Assembly (NCBI GenBank): GCA_963676345.2
Contig: CAXXTS010000004.1
Span: 384,375-416,374 of the forward strand
DNA from: an uncultured Acidaminobacter sp.
Lineage (GTDB): Bacteria; Bacillota; Clostridia; Peptostreptococcales; Acidaminobacteraceae
DNA: 32,000 nucleotides
Direction of reading: 5' to 3'
Each line of letters begins with the position of its first letter. The first letter of the stretch is position 1. The translations under genes were made by a program, and so were the position numbers. This document shows, piece by piece, positions 7,632 through 19,237 of this stretch. The notes below the pieces were generated by a model. The model did no database searches. It was not told the origin of the DNA and saw nothing but the letters and a program-made list of their open reading frames with translations.

Positions 7632-8144
7632 TTACTCTTGAATAAAGTTATTATCTTTCAAATCACGCACAAGCGCCTGATATATTTTTTCGCTCGGCAC
7701 CTCTATTGTATGGATATGTTCGCCTTCTGTCAATGTGGATAATGGCAGTGCAGAAGCATTTTCAACTTTCTTTAAAAAGGTCTTCAATGACGCTTTAGAA
7801 TCAATCATGAGTTGCCCAATTAATTCTCCATATACTGGGTGTTCAACAATAACATTCAGTATTTTACAGCCATATTCAAGCATAATTCTGAGTTCATCAC
7901 CTATACGTGAACTATCATGCTGACAAACAACGGTCTTGATAAGTCTGTCCTTTTTGACTTCTCTAGGAATAAAATAGCCATTGGATGCAGCAATTATATT
8001 ATAGCCAGATGCCCTTAAAACTGCAATGTCTTGTACAATAACCTGGCGACTTACATCATATTTTTTTGCTAGGCAAGATCCTGTGACCGGCTCCGGCGAT
8101 GTATGAAGCAATTCTATAAGTGCATCCCTTCGCGATTGCGTCAT
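7632..8144 (-). CDS. niaR: niacin-responsive transcriptional repressor NiaR (HTH + 3H domain)
   Basis: 170 aa from the ATG at 8144, which has a strong GAAAGGAG RBS. It has an N-terminal HTH (SCLAKKYDVSRQVIVQDIAVLRASG) and a C-terminal 3H-type domain with conserved His (VCQH..., VEHPVYG..., GEHIHTIE). The ORF-track extension to 8291 is not supported. Confidence 0.85.
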   Translation of the reverse strand: MTQSRRDALIELLHTSPEPVTGSCLAKKYDVSRQVIVQDIAVLRASGYNIIAASNGYFIPREVKKDRLIKTVVCQHDSSRIGDELRIMLEYGCKILNVIVEHPVYGELIGQLMIDSKASLKTFLKKVENASALPLSTLTEGEHIHTIEVPSEKIYQALVRDLKDNNFIQE

Positions 8145-8199
8145 AAAGCACTCCTTTCTAACTTTATATCTTATTTCTTTAAAATTCTTTAACGGCATT

Positions 8200-8228
8200 A
8201 TTTTATTACTTTCATATGACTTCGTCAA
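8200..8228 (-). promoter_or_regulatory. sigma-A-type promoter upstream of niaR
   Basis: The - strand reads TTGACG-17 nt-TAAAAT, about 55 nt upstream of the niaR start. Confidence 0.45.
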
Positions 8229-8420
8229 TAACTGCTGCCTATACACTAATTTTATAGTAAAGCGGTTAGAGAAATTTTTAGCATATCCCAAATCAAGGCT
8301 TTTGTCTGGTACACGCTCGCATAGTCAACATACAGCTCATAATTAAGCATCCTATTGATCTCAGAAAAGTTTCGAGGTGGCACGCTTATATTTCAGCTTG
8401 ATTGTTGATCTAAAACCCAT

Positions 8421-8456
8421 AAAAAAAGCTGATTTCAATTGTTTGAAATCAGCTTT
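8421..8456 (-). terminator. intrinsic terminator after the GntR-family gene
   Basis: Hairpin AAAGCTGATTTCAA-acaa-TTGAAATCAGCTTT, followed on the - strand by T7. Confidence 0.75.
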
Positions 8457-8487
8457 GGTGCATGTCGTAATAATTTGTGATGTAAGT

Positions 8488-9150
8488 TTATATATTGTGT
8501 TGTTTTTCAAAATTGTCTTTTGAATGACTGATATGATCAATGATTTTCTTAACAGCCTTATCTTGATCTCTTTCGATAAACGCATCCAAAATTTCCTTAT
8601 GTTCCTCAAGTGTGTTCTGCATACGTCCTTCTGTCTTTAGAGACTCATAACGTGTACTCTTTATAAACAGTTGGAAATCTCTGAGAACATGCTCAAGAAA
8701 ACGACTGTTTGTTGCACTGTAAATAAGCTCATGGAATTTCGTATTCAACTCAAATATCTTATCGACATCATTTTTGAATGTATAGAATTCCATCAATTCA
8801 TAAATTTCTTTGAGGCTATCCAAGTCTTCTTGAGTCATTCTTTCAACAGACCACTTTGCTGCAATAGCTTCAATCGTCTCACGAATTGTGTAGATATCCA
8901 TTATATCTTGTGCTGTAACGCCTTTAACGATTACGCCGCGGTTTGGTATGTTTTCAACCAAGCCGTCCAATTCGAGCTGCTTGAGAGCCTCTCGCACAGG
9001 AGTTCGACTAACACCCAGTTCGTCAGCCAATTTTGCCTCTACGATTTTCTCGCCTGGATTATACATACCATTTAATATGTCTTCACGAATTTTTTCAAAA
9101 ATTATAGAAGTTAAAGATTTATTCTCCTTCTTCTGGTCAAAAAGGTCCAT
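8488..9150 (-). CDS. GntR family transcriptional regulator (FadR/FCD subfamily)
   Basis: 220 aa. It has an N-terminal winged HTH (PGEKIVEAKLADELGVSRTPVREALKQLELDGLV) and an all-helical C-terminal FCD-like domain. The RBS is GGAGG. Confidence 0.9.
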   Translation of the reverse strand: MDLFDQKKENKSLTSIIFEKIREDILNGMYNPGEKIVEAKLADELGVSRTPVREALKQLELDGLVENIPNRGVIVKGVTAQDIMDIYTIRETIEAIAAKWSVERMTQEDLDSLKEIYELMEFYTFKNDVDKIFELNTKFHELIYSATNSRFLEHVLRDFQLFIKSTRYESLKTEGRMQNTLEEHKEILDAFIERDQDKAVKKIIDHISHSKDNFEKQHNI

Positions 9151-9214
9151 TAAAAAATGCCTCCAAATACTCCGCCTCTATTGTATATATTTCTGTACAT
9201 TAAACTGCTACTTT

Positions 9215-9243
9215 ATTCTATATTACTTTCTATAGAGTGTCAA
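9215..9243 (-). promoter_or_regulatory. sigma-A-type promoter of the GntR gene
   Basis: The - strand reads TTGACA-17 nt-TAGAAT. TGTACA/TGTATA motifs lie between the -10 and the RBS and may be an auto-operator. Confidence 0.5.
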
Positions 9244-10001
9244 CGATAGAAGCCTTCATTTTACTGTGTTTTAGGCGGTTTTCTTTTTTTTATTTGTGTA
9301 CTTTTACCAAACTCCACGTATTTTGTGTATACATTATAATTAAGATAAAATGCACGGATCCACCTAAAATGTATTCTTGAATCTAAAAACTTTCACATTC
9401 ATGCATATTATCTAGTCCATCAATCTGGAAAACTCCATCAAAGTCAGTATTTTCAATACATATAGGGAATCTCTTCATAAGAAATCACGCTGATTTAGTG
9501 AAAGTTTATATTTTACTTCTTGCATTTTTTTAAGAGATATAGTCAAATTTGTTCTCTTTTTTAGTATTTATTACAAGGCTTAGAGTTAAGTTAATGTTAA
9601 ATGATTATAAACAGGTCAATTTTGCAAACTTATACGCCGTCCGTAAAATTTCTACCTTACTTTCCAGTCCTATTCGTCATTTTAATATGCCAATCTGTTC
9701 GAAAACTGTATGTATATTCGTTTAAACTACTTTTTATAAGTATACCATGGCTTTATTTCCTTGAAATTTTGCCTTAACATGCTCTGCAATAATTGCCTAA
9801 TTCTCTTCAATTATAAAGACTGGTCTGCTGTCTAAATAACAGATTCGTTAGACTTTTGCGGTATCATATATGTATGCCTTCAATATCTAACTTTAAACGT
9901 CAATATAAGCAGCACAAAGAGCACTATAAAAAGCATTCACGAGTAAAAGGCCTTGCTATCCTAATTGCAAATAAAACTATTCTATGTCTCTTTTTTTATA
10001 C

Positions 10002-10037
10002 AAAATAAAAAGACCTTGAACAAATTGTTCAAGATCT
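10002..10037 (-). terminator. intrinsic terminator of the rRNA/tRNA operon
   Basis: Hairpin AGATCTTGAACA-att-TGTTCAAGGTCT, followed by TTTTTATTTT on the - strand, directly 3' of tRNA-Gly. Confidence 0.75.
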
Positions 10038-10041
10038 TAAC

Positions 10042-10116
10042 TGGAGCGGAAGACGAGATTCGAACTCGCGACCCTCGCCTTGGCAAGGCGATGCTCTACC
10101 ACTGAGCCACTTCCGC
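10042..10116 (-). tRNA. tRNA-Gly (anticodon GCC)
   Basis: The reverse complement GCGGAAGTGGCTCAGTGGTAGAGCATCGCCTTGCCAAGGCGAGGGTCGCGAGTTCGAATCTCGTCTTCCGCTCCA folds as a cloverleaf. The anticodon loop is CUUGCCAA and the CCA is encoded. Confidence 0.93.
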
Positions 10117-10121
10117 AAATG

Positions 10122-10206
10122 TGGTGCGGGTGGAGGGACTTGAACCCCCACGTCTATTGACACTAGAACCTAAATCTAGCGCGTCTGCCAATTCCGCCAC
10201 ACCCGC
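10122..10206 (-). tRNA. tRNA-Leu (anticodon UAG), long variable arm
   Basis: The reverse complement is GCGGGTGTGGCGGAATTGGCAGACGCGCTAGATTTAGGTTCTAGTGTCAATAGACGTGGGGGTTCAAGTCCCTCCACCCGCACCA. The anticodon stem is CTAGA/TCTAG, the loop is UUUAGGU, and the length is 85 nt. Confidence 0.9.
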
Positions 10207-10287
10207 ATGTGTGTTTTTTATTCAAAATAAAAAATTCTGCCGCGAAGCAGAATAAATATTCTCGCTTTCGCGATAAATGTTAAATGA

Positions 10288-10405
10288 AACCGGCGACGAC
10301 CTACTCTCCCAGGGGGCTGCCCCCCAAGTACCATCGGCGCTGAAAAGCTTAACTGCTGTGTTCGGAATGGGAACAGGTGTGACCTTTTCGCCATCATCAC
10401 CGGAT
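10288..10405 (-). rRNA. rrf: 5S rRNA
   Basis: The - strand contains ...CACCTGTTCCCATTCCGAACACAGCAGTTAAGC...GGGAGAGTAGGTCGTCGCCGG with helix I pairing between the two ends. The ends are accurate to about 3 nt. Confidence 0.9.
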
Positions 10406-10488
10406 TTCATTTTAAAGGATTGCTCCTTCAAAACTGCACATGATCTTAAAAGACGTTTGTTTCACTTTGGTTTTGACCCAAATTCTTA

Positions 10489-13405
<2,917 letters not shown>

Positions 13406-13750
13406 AATTTAATGACGCGCATTCATCTTCCAGCTCGTCGTTGCTGCTCAGTCATCAGTCAGTTACGTATATTATACGTGCCTTCCCTCTTCCTTCGCGC
13501 GCCTCGATCTGTAAGCGACTGCTTTGTCATGATAAACTGTTCTCTGATTATTAATCAATGAGTATTTATAATTCGAGTTTGAGTTTTGTTTACCTCAGTG
13601 AAACTGTATCTAACCCTTTTCTTAAAACTTAGTTTCAATATTTTGGTTTGATACGTTTTCGTCTTCTAATTCATATGCAGTTTTCAAGGTGCAATAATCT
13701 AATAAATTCTCCCAAATCTTTCAGAAGAATTCATCGCCAAACGGCGAAAG

Positions 13751-13826
13751 TGGTGGAGGTAACAAGATTCGAACTTGCGACCCCCTGCGTGCAAGGCAGG
13801 TGCTCTCCCAACTGAGCTATACCCCC
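13751..13826 (-). tRNA. tRNA-Ala (anticodon UGC) in the 16S-23S spacer
   Basis: The reverse complement is GGGGGTATAGCTCAGTTGGGAGAGCACCTGCCTTGCACGCAGGGGGTCGCAAGTTCGAATCTTGTTACCTCCACCA. The G3:U70 identity pair is present and the anticodon loop is CUUGCAC. Confidence 0.93.
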
Positions 13827-13916
13827 ACTTCTACAAAATGATTCAGCTAAGCTTCCTCATTTCTAGCGTTTTATAAGAGACTTGCGGTCTCTCAAAATTA
13901 AACAGTATAGAGTACG

Positions 13917-15459
<1,543 letters not shown>

Positions 15460-15675
15460 AATTTGTTTCAAATGTTTTTGATCGCTCAGATGAATCTGAC
15501 TAATTAATCATTATCATCCGTTACGAATCTTTGGTGCATCTAGACCTTGTCTTGATGCGGTAAAAGAATTGAACGTGTTAATTCTATACTGTTTAATTTT
15601 CAAAGACCGAAATCAATTAAGCTTGTGTTAAAACTTCGTTGATTTTGTGTTGCGTCACCAACCGGCGACTCAATT

Positions 15676-15705
15676 ATCATAACACTTTTCAGTGTTTTGT
15701 GTCAA
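15676..15705 (-). promoter_or_regulatory. rRNA operon promoter P2 (proximal)
   Basis: The - strand reads TTGACA-18 nt-TATGAT, preceded by an A/T-rich UP-like tract AAAAAAAGTTTTAAAAAG. Confidence 0.5.
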
Positions 15706-15805
15706 GCACTTTTTAAAACTTTTTTTCGATGAATTTGCTTTCAACATTTCTCGAAATCGTTTTATTTGCTGTGCCGACTGTACTGCTCTCAAGCGGTACT
15801 TGAAT

Positions 15806-15834
15806 ATAATAGCACCCGTACCTGTAAGCGTCAA
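15806..15834 (-). promoter_or_regulatory. rRNA operon promoter P1 (distal)
   Basis: The - strand reads TTGACG-17 nt-TATTAT, preceded by an A/T-rich UP-like tract GAATATTATTTCTTTAATAAA. Confidence 0.5.
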
Positions 15835-16022
15835 CCCCCTTTATTAAAGAAATAATATTCTAAATACTTCACCAATAGAATCCCAATATGATTCGTCAAT
15901 ATAATGTGTTTCGCTTCCTATATATAACCTGAAATTTTATACTTAATCATGGAATTTTATAGTAAATTTCTACTTAGGATGTTTCAATGCCTAAAATACT
16001 TTCACAGGTTATCATGGATAAG

Positions 16023-16051
16023 TTGAATCTTTAAAATCCCTATATTATAAT
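16023..16051 (+). promoter_or_regulatory. sigma-A-type promoter of trpS
   Basis: TTGAAT-17 nt-TATAAT lies 30 nt upstream of the trpS start codon, with no intervening leader structure. Confidence 0.6.
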
Positions 16052-16080
16052 GTTTATAGCTAATTCAGGAGGTGTTCGAT

Positions 16081-17061
16081 ATGAAGCGCGTTTTTTCCGG
16101 TGTGCAACCAACTGGTCAAATTCATTTAGGTAACTATATTACCATGCGCAATTTTATTAAGCAGCAGGACGACAAAGACTGTTTTTATTGTGTCGTTGAT
16201 TTACATTCTATTACTGTTCCACAGGATCCAAAGGAGCTTAGAAAGAATTCACTTGAACTCGCCGCACTTTATATGGCGATTGGTTTGGATCCATCTAAAG
16301 TTACATTGTTCCTGCAGTCGCAGGTTTCTGCACACGCAGAACTCGCATGGCTTCTTCAATGCAACTCCTATATGGGTGAACTGAATCGCATGACACAGTT
16401 TAAAGATAAGAGTTCAGGACAAAAAGCAGTTACAACAGGTCTTTTCACATATCCTGTTTTAATGGCCGCGGATATTTTGCTTTACGATACACACTATGTA
16501 CCAGTAGGTAATGATCAAAAGCAGCATCTTGAGCTTACACGAGATATTGCAGAGCGTTTCAATAACAAATACGGTGAAACCTTTGTTATTCCAGACCCCC
16601 TTATCAGTAAGGTGGGTGCGCGAATCATGTCACTCGATGACCCAACGCAAAAAATGTCAAAGAGTAATCCAAATGTACATAGCAAAATCACTTTGCTTGA
16701 ACCTGCAAACAAGATCAAAAAGAGTATCATGAAGTCTACAACCGATAGTGATATGGAAGTTCGTTTCGATGAAGAGGCCAAACCTGGTGTGTCTAATCTA
16801 TTAACGATTTACTCACAGCTTGGAAATGTTAGCATCGAGGATCTTGAGTCCAAATATACGGGTGTTGGATATGGCACCTTTAAAAAGGAACTGGTTGAAG
16901 TCGTAAATGACGCCCTAGCACCTATTCAAAAACGTCATGAAGAAATTCTAGCAAGTGGCGAAGTGGAAACCATTCTAAAGCAAGGTGCAGATCGTGCAAA
17001 CGAAATCTCACAAGATGTTTTAAGACGTGTAAAAGAAAAAATGGGATTTGTGATTTTTTAA
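16081..17061 (+). CDS. trpS: tryptophanyl-tRNA synthetase
   Basis: 326 aa from the ATG at 16081, with an AGGAGG RBS 8 nt upstream. The GTG at 16072 in the ORF track overlaps the RBS. The class I motifs are present: GxxPTGxxHLGNY (HIGH-like) and KMSKS. Confidence 0.94.
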   Translation: MKRVFSGVQPTGQIHLGNYITMRNFIKQQDDKDCFYCVVDLHSITVPQDPKELRKNSLELAALYMAIGLDPSKVTLFLQSQVSAHAELAWLLQCNSYMGELNRMTQFKDKSSGQKAVTTGLFTYPVLMAADILLYDTHYVPVGNDQKQHLELTRDIAERFNNKYGETFVIPDPLISKVGARIMSLDDPTQKMSKSNPNVHSKITLLEPANKIKKSIMKSTTDSDMEVRFDEEAKPGVSNLLTIYSQLGNVSIEDLESKYTGVGYGTFKKELVEVVNDALAPIQKRHEEILASGEVETILKQGADRANEISQDVLRRVKEKMGFVIF

Positions 17062-17095
17062 ATTCCTAATGACACGAGTTCCAAATGAAACGAGC

Positions 17096-17129
17096 AAAAA
17101 GCCAACACACTGAGTGTGTTGGCTTTTCA
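17096..17129. terminator. bidirectional intrinsic terminator between the convergent trpS and sigB-type genes
   Basis: Hairpin AAAGCCAACACAC-tgag-GTGTGTTGGCTTT, flanked by an A-run upstream and a T-rich tail downstream. Confidence 0.75.
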
Positions 17130-17179
17130 TTTTATTATGTAATAAAAACATGTCTATTTCATTATAATAAACAACTACA

Positions 17180-17989
17180 TCAAATTTCCGTGAGCTTTTT
17201 ATACTCTTTACGGAATTTTTTTATGATTTTCTTTTCCATTCTAGATACCGTCATCTGTGAAACATCCAGTTCATTGGCAACTTGGATCTGTGTTTTACTC
17301 TCAAAGAATCTGTCTCTTATAATTTTAAGTTCTACATCATTAAGCTTTTCCATGCATTTTTCGATGAAATCCCTGTTTTCAATGACATCGAAATACTTAT
17401 CATCTTCACCAATGATATCAAGCAATTGAATATCTTTATCATCACCGCTGCTATCATAGCTGATGTCTAGAGATTTTGGCGTATAAACTTGTGAAGCTTC
17501 CATCGCTTCGATAACTTGTTCTTCAGTACAAGACAAGTATTCTGCAATATCTTCAATTTTAGGAACCCGCTGCAAATCTTGCTGCAATTTACTCTTTGCA
17601 ACATTGATTTTCTTACTGAGTTCCTGTATTCGCCTTGGGACTCTTACAGACCATCCCTTGTCTCTGAAATACTTCTTAATTTCACCAATGATCGTTGGCG
17701 TTGCAAAACTTGAGAACTCAAAGCCACGATCTACATCATACCGCTCAATTGCATAAATAAGTCCTAAAGATGCCACTTGATAGATATCTTCATAATCGAT
17801 GCCCTTGTTTACATATTTTTTTGACAGTATTTCTGTAATGTACATATATCGATGAATCAACTCATTGCGTATTTCAATTTGTTTTGACTCCTTGTACATT
17901 TTAAATAGAACTTTACTCTCAATATCCTTAATGCTCTCCATGCTTTGGAAGTCAATATCCTTATTGCTGGAGATTTTTTGACTAGTCAT
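17180..17989 (-). CDS. sigB: SigB/SigF/SigG-family RNA polymerase sigma factor (SigB-like)
   Basis: 269 aa with region 2 (YEDIYQVASLGLIYAIERYD, FSSFATPTIIGEIKKYFRDKGWSVRVPRR) and region 4 (QIQVANELDVSQMTVSRMEKK). The GWSVRVPRRIQEL stretch resembles B. subtilis SigB (TWSVHVPRRIKEL) more than SigF. Confidence 0.85.
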   Translation of the reverse strand: MTSQKISSNKDIDFQSMESIKDIESKVLFKMYKESKQIEIRNELIHRYMYITEILSKKYVNKGIDYEDIYQVASLGLIYAIERYDVDRGFEFSSFATPTIIGEIKKYFRDKGWSVRVPRRIQELSKKINVAKSKLQQDLQRVPKIEDIAEYLSCTEEQVIEAMEASQVYTPKSLDISYDSSGDDKDIQLLDIIGEDDKYFDVIENRDFIEKCMEKLNDVELKIIRDRFFESKTQIQVANELDVSQMTVSRMEKKIIKKFRKEYKKLTEI

Positions 17990-18055
17990 AATATCAGCCC
18001 CTGATAACCCAAAGTATCTGCGTTTTACATTCTTATTTTTTTGTTATGTAACGCT

Positions 18056-18457
18056 TTAAACAACGAGTCTCTTTATCATTCGAATCTTTGTGCCTTGACC
18101 TACTTCAGAATTAACAGTCACATCATCCATTAATGATCTCATAATAAATATACCCAGTCCGTTTTCTCCCGGATTTAATAAATCAGGTTCATTATATGAT
18201 TCCACACTGAATCCATTGCCACTGTCATATACTTCAACAACAAATTCACTGTTCTCAACAATGAAGCTTATTTTAAAATCGTGCACACAGGCACCATGCA
18301 ATACTGCATTGTTACAAGCTTCACCAACGGCCACTTTAATATCCTCTATTGATTCGATATCAAATCCCATATTGTTTGCTACAACAGAAGCTGTCAGTCT
18401 GGCTACGCTGACATACTCTGACTTCGTAGGCAATGTCAATGAAATGCAATCATTCAT
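18056..18457 (-). CDS. rsbW: anti-sigma factor serine kinase (RsbW/SpoIIAB-type, HATPase_c)
   Basis: 133 aa with the N-box EACNNAVLHG and G-boxes DSGNGF and GLGIFIM. It lies between the STAS gene and the sigma gene. Confidence 0.85.
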   Translation of the reverse strand: MNDCISLTLPTKSEYVSVARLTASVVANNMGFDIESIEDIKVAVGEACNNAVLHGACVHDFKISFIVENSEFVVEVYDSGNGFSVESYNEPDLLNPGENGLGIFIMRSLMDDVTVNSEVGQGTKIRMIKRLVV

Positions 18458-18497
18458 ACAAATCGTCCACCCTTTTCAATTATTACAAATTGTAAAT

Positions 18498-18812
18498 TTA
18501 CTTCATGACAAAAATCTTGTCCAGTCCAGTAATCTTTAGTAATTTGAGAATATTCTGCTGTGCATTAGAGATTAATATTTCATTCTCATTTTTCTTAACA
18601 CGCTTGAGAACGCCAATCAGCACACCCAATCCAGTTGAATCAATATAGCTCAAATTTGAACAGTCAATATTGATATTGCACTCCTGCTGATCTAGCAATT
18701 GGTTTAATTCCTCTTTCAGTCTCCCTGATGTCTGAATATCGACATCCCCTATCAATTCGATAGACCAGTATTGATCTATGTCCTGAAATTGTTTGTTCAT
18801 TTTCAGCGACAT
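18498..18812 (-). CDS. rsbV: anti-sigma factor antagonist (STAS domain, RsbV/SpoIIAA-type)
   Basis: 104 aa from the ATG at 18812, with an AAGGGGG RBS 7 nt upstream. The ORF-track start at 18836 lacks an RBS. The conserved phosphorylatable motif LSYIDSTGLGVL is present. Confidence 0.85.
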   Translation of the reverse strand: MSLKMNKQFQDIDQYWSIELIGDVDIQTSGRLKEELNQLLDQQECNINIDCSNLSYIDSTGLGVLIGVLKRVKKNENEILISNAQQNILKLLKITGLDKIFVMK

Positions 18813-18887
18813 GTAGTTGCCCCCTTTTAATTTCATTTTATTTAGTTCGATTATTTAGGCCACATTAAAAATCATGTCTAGAACATT

Positions 18888-18914
18888 TCTACCTGACATA
18901 TTTATAGGCTAAAC
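18888..18914 (-). promoter_or_regulatory. candidate SigB-type (autoregulatory) promoter upstream of rsbV
   Basis: The - strand reads GTTTAG-14/15 nt-(A)GGTAGA, compared with the B. subtilis SigB consensus GTTTAA-N12-15-GGGTAT. It lies ~75 nt upstream of the rsbV start. The match is only partial. Confidence 0.3.
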
Positions 18915-19237
18915 AATTAATTCACTAATTCTAAATATTTTACCAACATATTTTATCGGCAATGGTCATTTGAGTTGATCATTTGAATAAATTATCTCGG
19001 CTATATACCATTATACTAAAAGGAATAGCGGAAGACAAAAAATGAATGCTAAAATATTCAAATTCACTGATTTTTTTCTGTTTTGTCTGAATATTAACAA
19101 ATATTAATCGTTTGTTACTACTTTTTTAATTAAATGCAACAATTTTCAAGATATAATAATTTTAAGCTGAAAATGTAATACAATTATCAGGTATTATTAC
19201 AAATAACTGTATTATACACAACTGAGGGGGAAATCAT

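Noticed and set aside
8145-8291. N-terminal 49-codon extension of the NiaR ORF (ORF-track start at 8291)
   Set aside because: A strong GAAAGGAG RBS precedes the internal ATG at 8144, and the HTH domain begins right after it. The extension would swallow the predicted promoter (8200..8228).
8296-8316. Possible second NiaR box (GCGTGTACCAGACAAAAGCC on the - strand) upstream of niaR
   Set aside because: It shares only an AGACA half-site with the nadA operator, has no dyad symmetry, and lies upstream of the predicted -35.
8361-8609. 82-aa - strand ORF overlapping the 3' end of the GntR gene
   Set aside because: It is in an alternative frame to a well-supported GntR/FCD protein and runs through that gene's intrinsic terminator. 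It has no RBS.
9601-9777. 58-codon hydrophobic + strand ORF in the AT-rich tract, considered as a type I toxin-like peptide
   Set aside because: It has no Shine-Dalgarno sequence, no flanking antisense promoter/terminator pair, and a composition expected from AT-rich DNA.
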